This document shows positions 23,637 to 38,025 of a stretch of DNA of 64,000 bases, piece by piece. The DNA is from the human T2T-CHM13v2.0 reference genome, Homo sapiens. Both the position numbers and the translations under genes were made by a program. A model generated the notes under the pieces. It saw only the letters and a program-made list of their open reading frames with translations, searched no databases and was not told the DNA's origin. The DNA lies in NCBI RefSeq assembly GCF_009914755.1, contig NC_060945.1. One strand, given 5' to 3'. Position 1 is the first letter of the stretch, and each line of letters opens with the position of its first letter.

Positions 23637-25979
23637 AAGTTTTAATTGCTTTCCAATTAATTAATTTCTGCTTTTCTCATTATTTTTTCTTTTTCCTGTT
23701 GACTTTGTTGTTCCTTTCCTGTTCTAGTTTCTGAGTTAACTGCTATGTTCCTTTAATTTGAATAAAACTAGGAATAATAAACCATTTAATAATTCATTCC
23801 TCTCACGGGGCACCTTTGGCCAGGCCCATGGACGCTGTGTCACTACACTTGTTGCTGTCAGCCTCTACGTAGGACGTGATTTTTGCTTGATTTCCTCTTG
23901 GACTCATGACTCATTACAGAGAATGATTCAAACGTTTCCAGTAGGCAGATGTTGTTGTTTGTTGGTTTAATATGTCGTTTTATAAAGTTCAGATCAAAGA
24001 ACGTGGCCTAAGCAGGTATTCATTTTGTGAAATTGTTTTGAGCTTCGATTTGTGGCTTGGTTTTGGGTTATGTTTTAAACTTTTTCATGGGCTTTCGAAA
24101 AATGCATATTCTCTATGCACATCGTGTTTTATATGAATAAAATCTAAATTGCAAATAGTGGGATTTCAATCTCTGATAGCCTCATTCATGCATTGTCTGG
24201 GGTATGTGTCAAGTTTGCCAGAGTGAAGGGCCCCGCCGTGACTGGGGTTCGCGCCTCCCTGCATGTCCACGCCTTTATGTCCGTACTTTAGGGCAGTGTG
24301 GAGATGGACCCACACCGCCTGCGTGTTCTGCCGCCACGCTGGCCTGAGACCTCGGCTTCCTGTGCGGCCTCCTTATGGCTGTTTCAGGTGCGTTCCTCAG
24401 AGCATGGGGTGGAATTTGCTTTTCTACAAAAGGTGTCTGCCCGAGTGTCTGACCCACTGTCTCGCCGCTCCATGGGGCTGGCTGTGTGGTGGGGACTGAC
24501 GGCCTCCTCAGGAGGAGACAGTGATGACCCCAGGGAGTGGGTGAGGCCACTGTCAGACCAGAGAGATCTGCGATGGGCCAAAGAAGAGGCTGGGCTGCTG
24601 CTGCTGCATCTGTGTCTGCCCAGGGGAGCTACATCCTGGCCTCAGGACCTCCCTCCCAGCCTGAGCAGCAGGGGTCAGGCTGGTCCAGCTCTCAGGAGTG
24701 TCCCAGGGAAAGAACAAAACTGCCCTCCTGTCCACTCCAGGGAGACCCACAGGCTGTGCCACCAGCAGGCAGTGTGGACATCGGTGGCTGTTGGGTCGGG
24801 GGCCCCAGGGAGAGCCCCTGGGGAGAGCGACACCCACCCGGAGGCTCAGGCCAGGCCAGGACCGCAGCCCTCGAATGTGCAGAGACCCCGGGTCCTACCC
24901 AGGCCCGGGTCTCGGGACCACGTGGAGGAGGGATTAGCGCGTGCTATAATCCGCAGTCACCAGCAGAGCAGACAGCCTCTCGCCCAGAACAGGGCACCCG
25001 GGACAGCCCCAGCCCCAGCAGAGAGGGGCTGGTCTCAGCGAAGTGGAGCGGGTCTTAGTGGGTTGGGGCCAGTCTCATCCTGGCCCTGGGTGTGTCCCAG
25101 ACCCCTAATGCGGAGCCTGCAGGTCATTCCTGGCCCATGAGTCTGACCTGACACGGGAGTCTCTGGGCTGGTCCGCCCGTCCACCCTGTCCCTGCGTTTG
25201 TGCTGATAGGAGGACACTGCTCAAAACACACGACGGCTGTGTGCTATAATCCACGGTCACCAGCAGAGCAGACGGCCTCTCGCCCAGAACAGGGCACCCA
25301 GGGCAGTGCCAGCCCCAGCTCTCCGTGGCGCCCCCCATGTGCTCACTTTTACACAAGACCTCGCGCAATGGAAGCTCTTCCTCCTGGCAAATCGCAGGGG
25401 GCAGATTCCACTAAAACAAGACTCCACCGGGCGGCAGGTGGCCAGGCTCAGGGCTGGGGCAGGACCGGAGCGGGGGCCTCGCTGGAGGCTGGGCCTGGAG
25501 GGCAGGGGCCTTTGCTGCCGTGGGTGCAGTTTTGTAAGCAGAGGCTGGGGCTGGGTCCTGCCCTGCAAGCTCTACTGGTCCTTCCAGGCACCGCGCATCC
25601 CTCCCACCGGCCTAAGGGGACGGGAGCCGCTGACCTTTAGGACCTGTGCAAGGGTCATGGTGCTGTGTGAAGGACACGACTCCAGGCCACATCCTCCCTC
25701 CAGCCCATGAGGGTCCCCGGGATAAAGTCCAGAGGAGCCACAGGGGACACGGCTCAGTGGGAGGCAGCCCGGCCCATCACAGTGCCAGCCCTAGGCCTTG
25801 CTGTTATTATTTTGTATTTTTTTTGTGGTAAAAGAGACATAAAATGTACCATGTTAACTATTTTTAACTGCACACTTCAATGGCATTAAGGACATTCACA
25901 CTGTTGTGCGGCCGTCACCCCCATCATCTCCAGAACTCTTTCGTCCTGCAAAACTGAAGCTCTGCACCCAAGACACACT

Positions 25980-27545
25980 CACCCCCAATCCCCCCGCGCC
26001 CCCCTCCTAGTCCCCCCGCGCCCCCTTCCCAGTCCCCCACACCCCCTCCCAGTCCCCCACACCCCCTCCCAGTCCCCCACGCCCCCTCCCAGTCCCCCAC
26101 ACCCCCTCCCAGTCCCCCACACCCCCTCCCAGTCCCCCACACCCCCTCCCAGTCCTCCACGCCCCCTCCCAGTCCCCCACACCCCCTCCCAGTCCCCCAC
26201 GCCCCCTCCCAGTCCCCCACACCCCCTCCCAATCCCCCACACCCCCTCCCAGTCCCCCACACCCCCTCCCAATCCCCCACGCCCCCTCCCAGTCCCCCAC
26301 GCCCCCTCCCAGTCCCCCACACCCCCTCCCAGTCCCCCACACCCCCTCCCAATCCCCCACACCCCCTCCCAGTCCCCCACACCCCCTCCCAGTCCCCCAC
26401 GCCCCCTCCCAGTCCCCCACACCCCCTCCCAGTCCCCCACACCCCCTCCCAGTCCCCCACACCCCCTCCCAATCCCCCACGCCCCCTCCCAGTCCCCCAC
26501 GCCCCCTCCCAGTCCCCCACACCCCCTCCCAGTCCCCCACACCCCCTCCCAATCCCCCACACCCCCTCCCAGTCCCCCACACCCCCTCCCAATCCCCCAC
26601 GCCCCCTCCCAGTCCCCCACGCCCCCTCCCAGTCCCCCACACCCCCTCCCAGTCCCCCACGCCCCCTCCCAGTCCCCCACACCCCCTCCCAGTCCTCCAC
26701 GCCCCCTCCCAGTCCCCCACGCCCCCTCCCAGTCCCCCATGCTCCCCCAATCCCCCGCGCCCCCTCCCAGTCCCCCGCGCCCCATCCCAATCTCCCCGCG
26801 CCCCCTCCCAGTCCCCCGCGCCCCCTCCCAATCCCCCCGCGCCCCCCTCCTAGTCCCCCCGCGCCCCCTTCCCAGTCCCCCACGCCCCCTCCCAGTCCCC
26901 CACGCCCCCTCCCAGTCCCCCACGCCCCATCCCAGTCCCCCACGCCCCCTCCCAGTCCCCCACGCCCCATCCCAGTCCCCCGCGCCCCATCCCAGTCCCC
27001 CACGCCCCATCCCAATCCCCCGCGCCCCCTCCCAATCCCCCCGCGCCCCCTTCCCAGTCCCCCACGCCCCCTCCCAATCCCCCACGCCCCCTCCCAATCC
27101 CCCGCGCCCCCTCCCAATCCCCCCGCGCCCCCTTCCCAGTCCCCCACGCCCCCTCCCAATCCCCCACGCCCCCTCCCAATCCCCCGCGCCCCCTCCCAAT
27201 CCCCCCGCGCCCCCTTCCCAGTCCCCCACGCCCCCTCCCAATCCCCCACGCCCCCTCCCAATCCCCCGCGCCCCCTCCCAATCCCCCCGCGCCCCCTTCC
27301 CAGTCCCCCACGCCCCCTCCCAATCCCCCACGCCCCATCCCAGTCCCCCACGCCCCCTCCCAATCCCCCACGCCCCCTCCCAATCCCCCGCGCCCCCTCC
27401 CAATCCCCCCGCGCCCCCTTCCCAGTCCCCCACGCCCCCTCCCAATCCCCCACGCCCCATCCCAGTCCCCCGCGCCCCCATCCCAGTCCCCCATGCCCCC
27501 CCAATCCCCCGCGCCCCCCTCCCAATCCCCTGCGCCCCCATCCCA
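25980..27545. repeat. 20-bp C-rich minisatellite (~75 copies) inside an antisense L1M 3' fragment (~25800-27800)
   Basis: Unit cccctcccagtcccccacrc; flanks resemble an L1MB 3' end (cattcacactgttgtgc, catctccagaactctttc, gatggacatttgg). Confidence 0.95.
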
Positions 27546-27899
27546 CTTTCTGGCCGGGTCTGGCCACCGCGGGGCCTCTGAGTGGAACCACGCACAGGGG
27601 GCGTCCTCTTGTGCCTGGCCAGGGGCACTCAGCATCGTGTCTCCAGGTCCCTGCACGGGGCAGCGGCGTGGAAACTTCCTTTCAGGCCGGCGATCCTTCC
27701 TGTGTGCGTCTCCACATTTTGATTTTTCATTTATGGATGGACATTTGGACATCTCCTTCCGCTTGGCTGTGGTGACTAAAGCTGCTGTGCTATCATTTTT
27801 ACTATTATTGTTATGACAAGTTGACAAGTGAATCTTTCTCTTACGGTTTCGGTTTTTCCCATCTTATTTGCTTTTAACTGTCCAGATTCATTGAGTCCC

Positions 27900-29450
27900 A
27901 GCAGCGGGCCCTGTTCCCGGCTTCAGTGGCGAGGCCCCTCGCCTTCTCCCCAGAAGCAGCCCCTTTGACGACATCGGTACTTTCGGTCCATTCCCTGGGT
28001 CGATGTTTCCAGAACCCCGCGCCCAGGAGCACGTCCAGGTTATGCGTGGGGCCGCCCTGTGCGCGCGCCTGGAGGCCTCGGGTTTCCCCGACGCAACGCG
28101 GGGAGTGGCCACCAGGGGGCGAGCGGCGCCCGGAGCCTCCGCGGGTCCCAGCCCAGCAGCCTCGCGACGCAGGGGGCGGTGCAGGGGGCGGCGGGGGCGG
28201 CGCAGGGGGCGGTGCAGGGGGCGGCGGGGGCGGCGCAGGGGGCGGTGGGGGGCGCCGGGGGGCGGCGCAGGGGGCGGCGCAGGGGGCGGCGCAGGGGGCG
28301 GCGCAGGGGGCGGCGCAGGGGGCGGCGCGGGGGCGGCGGGGGCGGCGGGGGGCGGCGGGGGCGGCAGCGCTGCAGGTGGGGGTGGGGGTTGCAGGGGCGG
28401 CGGGGACAGTATGGGAGGCAGGGGCGGTGTGGAGAGCTGGGGGCCGTGGGGGGTGTTGGGGGCGGGAGGGGGATGGGGGAGGTTGTGGGGGGAAGGGGAA
28501 CCGGCTTGGGTGGCCATGCAGGCGACGCGGGTTGCAGGGAACGGAGGTGCAGGGGGCGGCGGCGGGGGCGGCGGCGAAAGGGGACGGGCTTGCGTGGCCC
28601 CGCGCGGGGGCTAAGGGGCTGCAGGCCAACCCACCGTCCCGGGCACTTGGGACTCAGGAGGGCGGGGCGGGGCGGGGCGGCCCGCGTGGGGAGTGCCTGA
28701 GGCTGGCCTAGGCCCTGGGACCGTAGCCTCCCGAGCAGGGTGGGCTCCACGCGAACGGCGGGCGCTGGCAGAAAGCGACCCACGCAGAGTTCCGCGCCAG
28801 CCGAGGGGCCCGGCTGCCGCCCATGCGCGGTCCTGGAGGTGCCGGGAGGGGGTCGCGGACCCTGAGGCAGGATCCACGTGGTCCCTGCGGGCCCAGTGAG
28901 TGACATCACCGCGACGCTGCGCATGGAGCAAGCTCTACACCCGGGAGATGGCCACGGTGCGCATGCAGCAAGGTCTACTCCCGCGAGGTGACCACGGGAC
29001 AGACGATCCTCTGAGGTTTCCAGGAAGACCCCCGCCCTAATCCTCTGAAGGTCGGAGGTCACAGGTCAAAGCCGAGAACAGAAGCTGGGGTGGGGCACAC
29101 AGAGGTGGAAAGAGGGGCCTGAGCATCGGGCGGCCACCAGCAGGGTCCCCTCCTGGCCACAAGGACGCTCCCGTTCCAGTCCCCGGAAGAGGGTGGCTGC
29201 AGCCACCCCGGGGATGACCAGCAGAGGTCCTCACGGCCTGCGGCCCGGGGAGACCTGAGACTCCTAAGCTGAGCACGTCAGCGTCTCTACCTCCACCGCA
29301 GACAGAAAGACCGGGCGGACCCAAGACTGCAAGCTCAAGCCCTGGCGGCAGGGCAGCGGGGCCTGTGAGGGCCGAGGGTGGACGCTGCTCTGAGCCAGAC
29401 CCGCTCGTCAGCAGCTCGGCCTCCCCCGCTGCTCCCCACCAGCGCCCGGG
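27900..29450. promoter_or_regulatory. CpG island with GC-rich dodecamer repeat
   Basis: Dense CpG; (GGGGGCGGCGCA)n at ~28165-28370; tandem GC boxes 28660-28680; TGCGCATG motifs at 28918 and 28958. Confidence 0.85.
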
Positions 29451-29894
29451 CTTGGGTGTTTGGTGCTTCCAACTTTTCAAGAGAAGCTTGAAATCTGTAA
29501 TTCTTATGTGAAATCCTGCCTTTCTTAACTAATTAAAGACTTAAAATTAGCTAGTTAAAATTAATTAAAATTGATTAAATTTGTACTAATTAAAACTAAC
29601 TGAATTCTTCTCAAAACACCGTGCAGACGAAACCAGTCAGTGACACACCTGTCTGCAGCCATAGCACCAGGAGACATGGGGTGGGGGCCAGGGACATGGC
29701 CGGAGCTGCCACAGACAGGACAGAACAGGACGTTGTCAAGCGCTCTGTGGCTGATCTGTCTCTGTTGCACCAAAGTATTTTAAATGTTCTCTCACGTCCT
29801 CTGGAAGATCTTGGATGGGGAGAGAGGCGGGGTGGAGGGTGGCATGGGAGTCCTGTGGCCGGGGCTTCCTGGGGGCCCTGCACAGCAACCGGCC

Positions 29895-30015
29895 TGCACG
29901 TGTCTCCTGGGACGGCGACTCAGATGCATGTGTCACCTGGGACGGCACCTCAGACGCATGTGTCTCCTGGGACGGCGACTCAGATGCATGTGTCTCCTGG
30001 GACGGCGCCTCAGAG
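29895..30015. repeat. 30-bp tandem repeat (~4 copies)
   Basis: tgtctcctgggacggcgactcagatgcatg. Confidence 0.9.
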
Positions 30016-31820
30016 GCCTGGCTACTCCGAGAGGCCTCTGGACACCATGTAACCTCCCCTGGGCTCAGCCCTGGCCTGGCCAGTGCCCTGGTACCAGGAC
30101 TTGGGCACCAGCCACTGCCTCCCCACGTGTCAGCTCCTTGCACAATGGCACCCGCTGCATGGAGCTGCCCAGGACTCAGGAAGAACGGAGCTGGAGGCTG
30201 GGCCCTGGGGCTGCTGAAGCCCTGGCAGCAGGAAGGGATTTGAGATAGAGAACCCGAGGCCAGAGCACTGGGGCTCAGACAGCGGCCCGGGAGATGGGTC
30301 TTCCCTATCAGTGGAGACAGACCTTGGCCTCGTGACACCCTGGAGTCCCCGGCTTTGACCCCGTAGCCCGTGCCACATTCTCCTGAGGCTTCTCGTCTGC
30401 TCTGGGTGAACCAGGTGCTGGCCTGTGCCTTGTGGCCCCAGCCTGGCCCTGAGCCCCGGGTCCTGCACACCTTGCTGGTAGTCTCTGTCACAGAGACGGT
30501 TGGGCCCGGAGGCTGCTGGCATGTGAGTGTCCGCCTGGAGTGTCCTGCTCCAGCCACAGCCCTGCAGTGGTTCATGGCCAGAGCAGAGGAGCGAGGGCTG
30601 GGGGTTTGTGCAGTGACCAGGACCAGGGTGCAGGGGCCCAAACCAAGGCCACTCACTGCCCTGAATTGAGCAGAAGGGATGCTCTGAGGCTCCCGGGGAG
30701 CCTCAACCCTCCACCACACTCAGACAGTGTGCCTCTCTTGGACCGTGTCCTGCGCTCTGGTGACTCTCGGGGATGCTAGTGAGGAGCTTGTCCCGGCTCA
30801 GGCTGAGCCCTCTGCTCAACTAACAGCACAGACGCAGCCCAGACAGTTGCGGAGGGGAAGCAGGTGTGGGGGTGGCCGTGCCCTCGGCACTCGGACTTGG
30901 CCTCCTGAGCCCAGTGGCGTGGGGAGTGATAGTGTGATGCTCACCTTTGCCTCCTGCGTGTCTGACGGAATCATTCCTGTTTAGACATGAGCTCCATTCT
31001 TCGGAGGGCATGACCAGGAGGCCACCTATTTGGGGATATTTTTAGAGTCATGCCATCCAAGGCAGTCTGTGCCGAGTGGCTCCATATTCAGACAGCGGCG
31101 GCATCGTCTCCAAGCCTGGGCTCAGTGGTTAGCACGTCCCGTGCTGACGAGAGACTGGAGGCGGCTTCTGAAAACCCTTCGGGGCCAAGGCTCTCTAGTC
31201 GGACTCCACACGGCTGGTGACAGATCAGGCCAGACAAGTGCATGACACCCACCATCCAAGACGACAGGCTGAGACCCCCCAAGTCCAGGTGGGCCACGGC
31301 TGGCTGGACCTCAGCTGGGACTCGGACATGCTGGCTCTGCAGCCTGGCCCCAGGGTGTGGGCCTGCAGCTCTGGCTGCTGAGAAATCCCCAGTGGGCCCT
31401 TCAACCTTTGAAGGATTCGCCCCATTGTCACTGCAGTGAGACCCCCTGAGAACCCGGGAAGGCAGTGGTGCCGCAGAAGGGGTGCTGGCCGGCGAGCCTT
31501 GGGGATCTTCCCAGGGATGCAGCAGGTGGGGCTGTGACCAGGCTGCAGAGGGTGTTTCTTCTTCGTATGTGGCCAGTGTGACTTGAGTTCAGCCCCAGAA
31601 ATAAATGTGTGAGAGGACTGCGTTTGGTTTGAGCGAGGGCAGGCACAGGTAGGGAGCGGAGCTGCTACAGGAAGCCCTGCGGCTGGGAATCTGAGGGAGT
31701 CGGGGCAGCCTTGTTGCCAGGGCAGGACAGAGTACGGCCACCTGGTTGCTTGGAACAAGGTGGAGCTGTGTTCCAATTTCTCAGCACACAGGGAAACACA
31801 TTTCAGTTAAATTGAATTTT

Positions 31821-32127
<307 letters not shown>

Positions 32128-33359
32128 TAAATTGAATTTTCATGTGGAAGTCAATAACTACATAAATTTGGGAATGTCAGTGGCAGAAATCACAAAGGAA
32201 AAGATGAGTAGATGTGCTTGCATCCAACCTAAAAACATCTTTAAGTCAAAAAGCACCATGAAGAACTGCCAGCCCCTCAGCTGTGTGGAAACATCGCAAC
32301 GTTGAGGCCGGGTGAGTGTCGGTGTCCTGGGTCCATCAGGGAATTGCCCCCATCTGTGTATTTAGGTCGGTGAGGTGTCACCACGCACCGACAAGGAGAC
32401 AAACACACACACTGAAAATGGCCAGGGGTGTGGGCGAGTCCCCCATGGGGACCAGCGGTAGGCAGCATCCTCCGGAGACCACGGGAAGGCCAGGTCTTCC
32501 AGCTCCAACTTGCAAAGATTTGCTAAGATTTATATTTTTTTCCAGTTGTTTTTCAGTCTTTATTTTATTGAGGCCCCTGCAGGTACCTGTGGATTCTGAT
32601 TTGCAGCTCTGTCCAGGGAGCATCCGGCCAAACCTGGAGCCCGGGGCGTGCGGATGGACCTCTGGACGTGGGGCCACACCTGTGCGCGAGTTTTCTCACT
32701 TACTGGCTCGGAGGTGGTTCCACATCAGCACACGCAGAGCTTCCGTGTTCCTTATTAACAGCAGTGAAGAACTAGTCATTCAAATGCGCATCATTCCCTC
32801 ACACAGGGTATTTTTAAGAGAAATTGCTAGACATGGAGTTTGCTGTCAAAATGGCCCCCAGTGTGACAAGCAGATTTATTTTTACTGTGACATCCATTTC
32901 TGATGATGATGGGGGCAGACAGCCCTCCACATGGGCAGTGGGCACAGCTGAACCTCAGGCAATCGGCCACAGCCCCAGAGACAGGATCCGCATGTGAACA
33001 GACCACCAGCAGGGGCCAAAACGTCGGAAATGCAGCTTACTCTGCAGAAGGCAGCACGTCACACCCCCCAGCTCCCAAAATGTAGGAAACTGGCTCGTGC
33101 CAGGTGTGGCTAGAACGTGGGCATAGGGGAGCCCTGGGGTCACTCATGGAGCATAAACCGTGCAGCCTTCCTGGGGAGCGGCCTGGCCCTGAGAGGTGGG
33201 GACGCCAGGGCCCGGCAAAGTCCTCTCCAGGATCCACCCCCCAAGGACTCCTCCCACAGCCACACAGGGCCCACACAGGGACGTGCCCACGGCTCAATGA
33301 GGCCAGCAGGAGCGGGACACTCCATGTCCATCACCTTGGGAGGGTCAGGCAAAGCGCAC

Positions 33360-33558
33360 TGGGTGCCCACTATGGCCCCCACAGGAGCTAATCCACCATG
33401 CAGCAGGGAGGGGTCTTGGAGACGCTATGTGGGAATGGGATGTGGCACTGGCACCCCCGCTAGGGTGCCCACGGTGGCGCCCACAGGAGCTAATCCACCA
33501 CGCAGCAGGGAGGGGTCTTGGAGACGCCATGTGGGAATGGGATGTGGCACTGGCACCA
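33360..33558. repeat. Tandem duplication, period ~102 bp (2 copies)
   Basis: gggtgcccac...ccacaggagctaatccacca...gggatgtggcactggcacc twice. Confidence 0.9.
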
Positions 33559-34499
33559 TGGTAGGAAGCGAAATCAGAGTCCAAACAAAGAGACACACAC
33601 TCCTCCAGAACAGGAGGGAAGAGACAACACCAGCAAGGACGGCCGCACACGGCGGGGCAGGGGAGCGGAGGTTGGAGTTGGGAATGAGGATTTGAAGGAC
33701 CAAGAAGAGGAATGACAAAGGTGAGGTGCCTTGCGGAGTGGTGACAACAGTGGCCAAGTGCCAATGAGGAGGACGAACCCAATGCTGGGCTGAGGCCAAA
33801 CAGACAAACAAGAAGAGCAGCACCCAGGCTTGGAGCTGAGGGAGGCCCGAGCCCCGGAGAATCGGCGCTGTCCTCTGAGCTGGCCTCTCTGATGCTGCTT
33901 TCTCCATGATAAAGAGGCGCTCTCACGGCTGGCGGAGGGAATGCTCATGGCCTGGCTCAGCCTCAGCTGCTGCTCTTACAACTGCTGTGGTCATTCCCTG
34001 CCCTTAGAAACGAAGCTGCTTCCCAGCCACCCATGTGCAAAGGAAGAAGGAAAGAACGAGAATAAACGACCAAGCCTAATCCACTTTCCCTGCCTTGCGA
34101 ACCACAGTATTTTCTGCTGCCGTGCACTTGGAGAGAGCAAATGTCACCGAGTCTTGTTGAGAAGACAAGAGAGGCAAGAGGTCTGAACAACACCCAGCTG
34201 GGGGCAAATGCCTTCAGACAAGCACAACCAAAGTAAAACAGGAACGAGCAATGACCCTAAAAGATGTGCTAGAAATAATTGACCAAGTATAAAATAAATA
34301 TTTGAGTATTCTATTGCAGTAACTTGCCATGCCATTCACTTGTAATAAATGAACCTCTTTCAAGTTAGAACATGTTGCGTTTGTGCAGCCAGGATTAAAT
34401 ATGGTAGGTCTGGGGCCCGGAGCGTCTCCCGGTGTTCCCACTCCTGGCCTGGTGGGTTCCAGCTGCAAGTGCTGGACTCTGCATTGGAAGTGAGGGTGA

Positions 34500-34817
<318 letters not shown>

Positions 34818-34871
34818 TTAAATAAAAAGTGAAGGTGGGAACCTGCACAGCAAAGAAAGATAAGACTTCCA

Positions 34872-35169
<298 letters not shown>

Positions 35170-35749
35170 GACAAATCCAGAAATGCACACTAACTCCAAA
35201 GGGTTTCCTTTTAATCTTAAGACAGTTATCAGTCAGAGAGCTCAGGCATGAACCAAAATCTATGTTTGTGGAAAATGATACACAGACAACACTCACCACA
35301 CAGGTGCATCACACTGACACGACACCACACGCATTCACCACATCGGCATCGTAAAGGGAAGCCCCAGTGACTACGGAACATTTGTGACTGTCTCTGGGAA
35401 GTTTTTCAAAAGGCCAGTTCTGAAAACTTCCACTAACAGCCTGGGAGGAACAGAACCTAGACTCACTCTCCCCCATGAAACAACTGAAAAAAACAGGCAA
35501 ATATGTGAAGCAAAATGTTTTCAGAGCCTGGTCTCCGGCAGCGTGGTGCAGTGCTCCCTGAGAGACGTGAAACAAACGGGTTGAGACCTAGAGCTGCCGG
35601 AGCTCATGACCAGGAGAGAGTTTCCAGGATGCAGCACAGGGAAAAGGAATCCAGGCAGAACCACGGTTTCCTACAGCTGAGGAAACACAGCTGGGAGCCT
35701 GCTAGGCAAAGATGGCCATAAACCACAGGACGGAGTCCCAGACAGAAAG

Positions 35750-35970
35750 GAGCTGTACTTACGGTAGATTCCAACAATCCGCAGAAGATCCTCCTCCGGT
35801 ATCTAGGTGTGAATGGATCAGAGGGGAAGGAGCTGAATTTACGGTAGATTCCAACAGTCCATGGAAGATCCTCCTCCAGTGTCTAGGTGTGAATGGATCA
35901 GAGGGGAAGGAGCTGAATTTACAGCAGATTCCAACAGTCCGTGGAAGATCCTCCTCCGGTATCTACGTGT
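35750..35970. repeat. 80-bp tandem repeat (~2.7 copies)
   Basis: tacggtagattccaaca...gaagatcctcctcc...ctaggtgtgaatggatcagaggggaaggagctg. Confidence 0.88.
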
Positions 35971-37013
35971 GTACGGATCTGTGCAGGTGTGAGAGGCAAA
36001 TACTCAAGGCCAGGGAAAGACCATCAGAAAGAGAAGCAGAAGTGACCCTTAGAGCTCATGCACAGGCAGGAATGTTGCCTGTTCCGCCAGTCAGAGCAGA
36101 GATCTCATGGCCCATGGGACGTGGAGTGGAGCACTCAGAAGGCTTTGCCACAGTAGGGGAGATAAACTCGTTCTAGGCTAAAAACTGTTCTGACCTTGCC
36201 TGAAACGTTCAAAGCAAGCCTCGGGAGAAACAAACTGTTTCCATGTAACTTAATTGCATTCCAGAACAAAGCTCAAGAATATTTGTAGGAAGACAAAAAT
36301 GTCAATTATTTAACAAAGTAAACTCAGAATATCTGGCGTGCAATCAAAAATTAGTGGGCATGCAAAAAAGAAAAAGAAAACGTAACCCAAAATGAGGATA
36401 TAAATTAATCCATAGAAACAGATCTAGAAATGACAAAGAAGGTAGATTTAGCAGAAAAGGACATTAAAACAATTATTGTAACTATATTTTTATGTTCAAA
36501 ATGGTAAAGAAAAGAGTGAGTATTAGGAGGAGACACATTGAAGATTTAAAAAAAAAAACACAAATCAAACTTCTAGAGATGAAAACTACAACGTCTGAGG
36601 TGAAAAGTACACTGGATGGGATCCCCGCAGATTAGACATTGAAGAAGAACAGATGCGTGAACCTGAAGACACAGCAACAGCAATAGAGACTGTACAAAAT
36701 AAAACACACAGAAAAAAATACTTAAAAAATGGACAGAGCATCAGTGAGCTACAGGACAACTTAAAGTGCCCTAATGCGTGTGTAATATTAAGGCACTTTA
36801 AGTTGTAAAACAAGGATTTGAACAAGGTAAACCCACAAATCCAAGAATCTCAGTAAACCCCAAGCACAAGAAATATTAAGAAAACAACACCAAGTCACAT
36901 TATAATCTAACTGCTCAAAACTTGTGTTAAAGAGAAATTTCTTAAAACCAACTAGAGGGAGGGAAAACTTCACATACAGAGGAATGAAGATAAGGATAAG
37001 GATGGATTTCTGA

Positions 37014-37390
<377 letters not shown>

Positions 37391-37720
37391 GAAAGTACCA
37401 ACAGATTTTTAAAAAGTGTTAGAATTCTATACCCGAGAAAAGCATCTTTTAAAAATGGAGGTGAAATAGACTTTTTTAGGAATCCAAAGACTGAAAGATT
37501 TCATCAACAGTAGACAAATGTCATATGACATGTTAAAGGCAGTCGTCGGACAGAAGGACAATCTGAAGCTGGACAAAGGAATAAAAAGTATTGGAAATGG
37601 AAAATATGTGGACGAATATTAAAAACTTACTTTTAAAATATCCTTAAAAGATAACCAACTGCTTAAAACGAAAAGAAAAAACCTAATGATGTATTGTGAG
37701 GTTTAAAAATGTGTGAGGTT

Positions 37721-38025
37721 GGCCAGGTACGGTGGCTCACACCTGTAATCCCAGCACTTTGGGAGGCCGAGACGGGCGGATTGCTTGAGCTCAGGAGTTT
37801 AAGACCAGCCTGAGCAATGTAGCAAAACCCCATCTCTACAAAAAATACAAACAATTAGCCGGGCATGGTGGCACATGCCATAGTTCCTGCTACTCGGGAG
37901 GTTGAGGTGGGAGGACCTCCTGTGCCCGAGAGGTCAGGGTGGCAGTGAGCCATGATCGTGCCATTGCACTCCACAATCCAGCCTGGATGACAGAGTAAGA
38001 AAGACCCTGTCTCAAAAAAAAAAAA
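37721..38025 (+). mobile_element. Alu (J-type)
   Basis: gattgcttgagctcaggag, gaccctgtctc diagnostics; TSD gtgtgaggtt. Confidence 0.9.

Noticed and set aside
25924-27827. 549/555-aa Gly-rich ORFs
   Set aside because: Translations of the 20-bp VNTR; open in all frames, no splice or codon signal
29520-29670. AT-rich TAATTA cluster resembling 10650-10708
   Set aside because: Adjacent sequence looks like an eroded DNA-transposon end; no real alignment to the other patch
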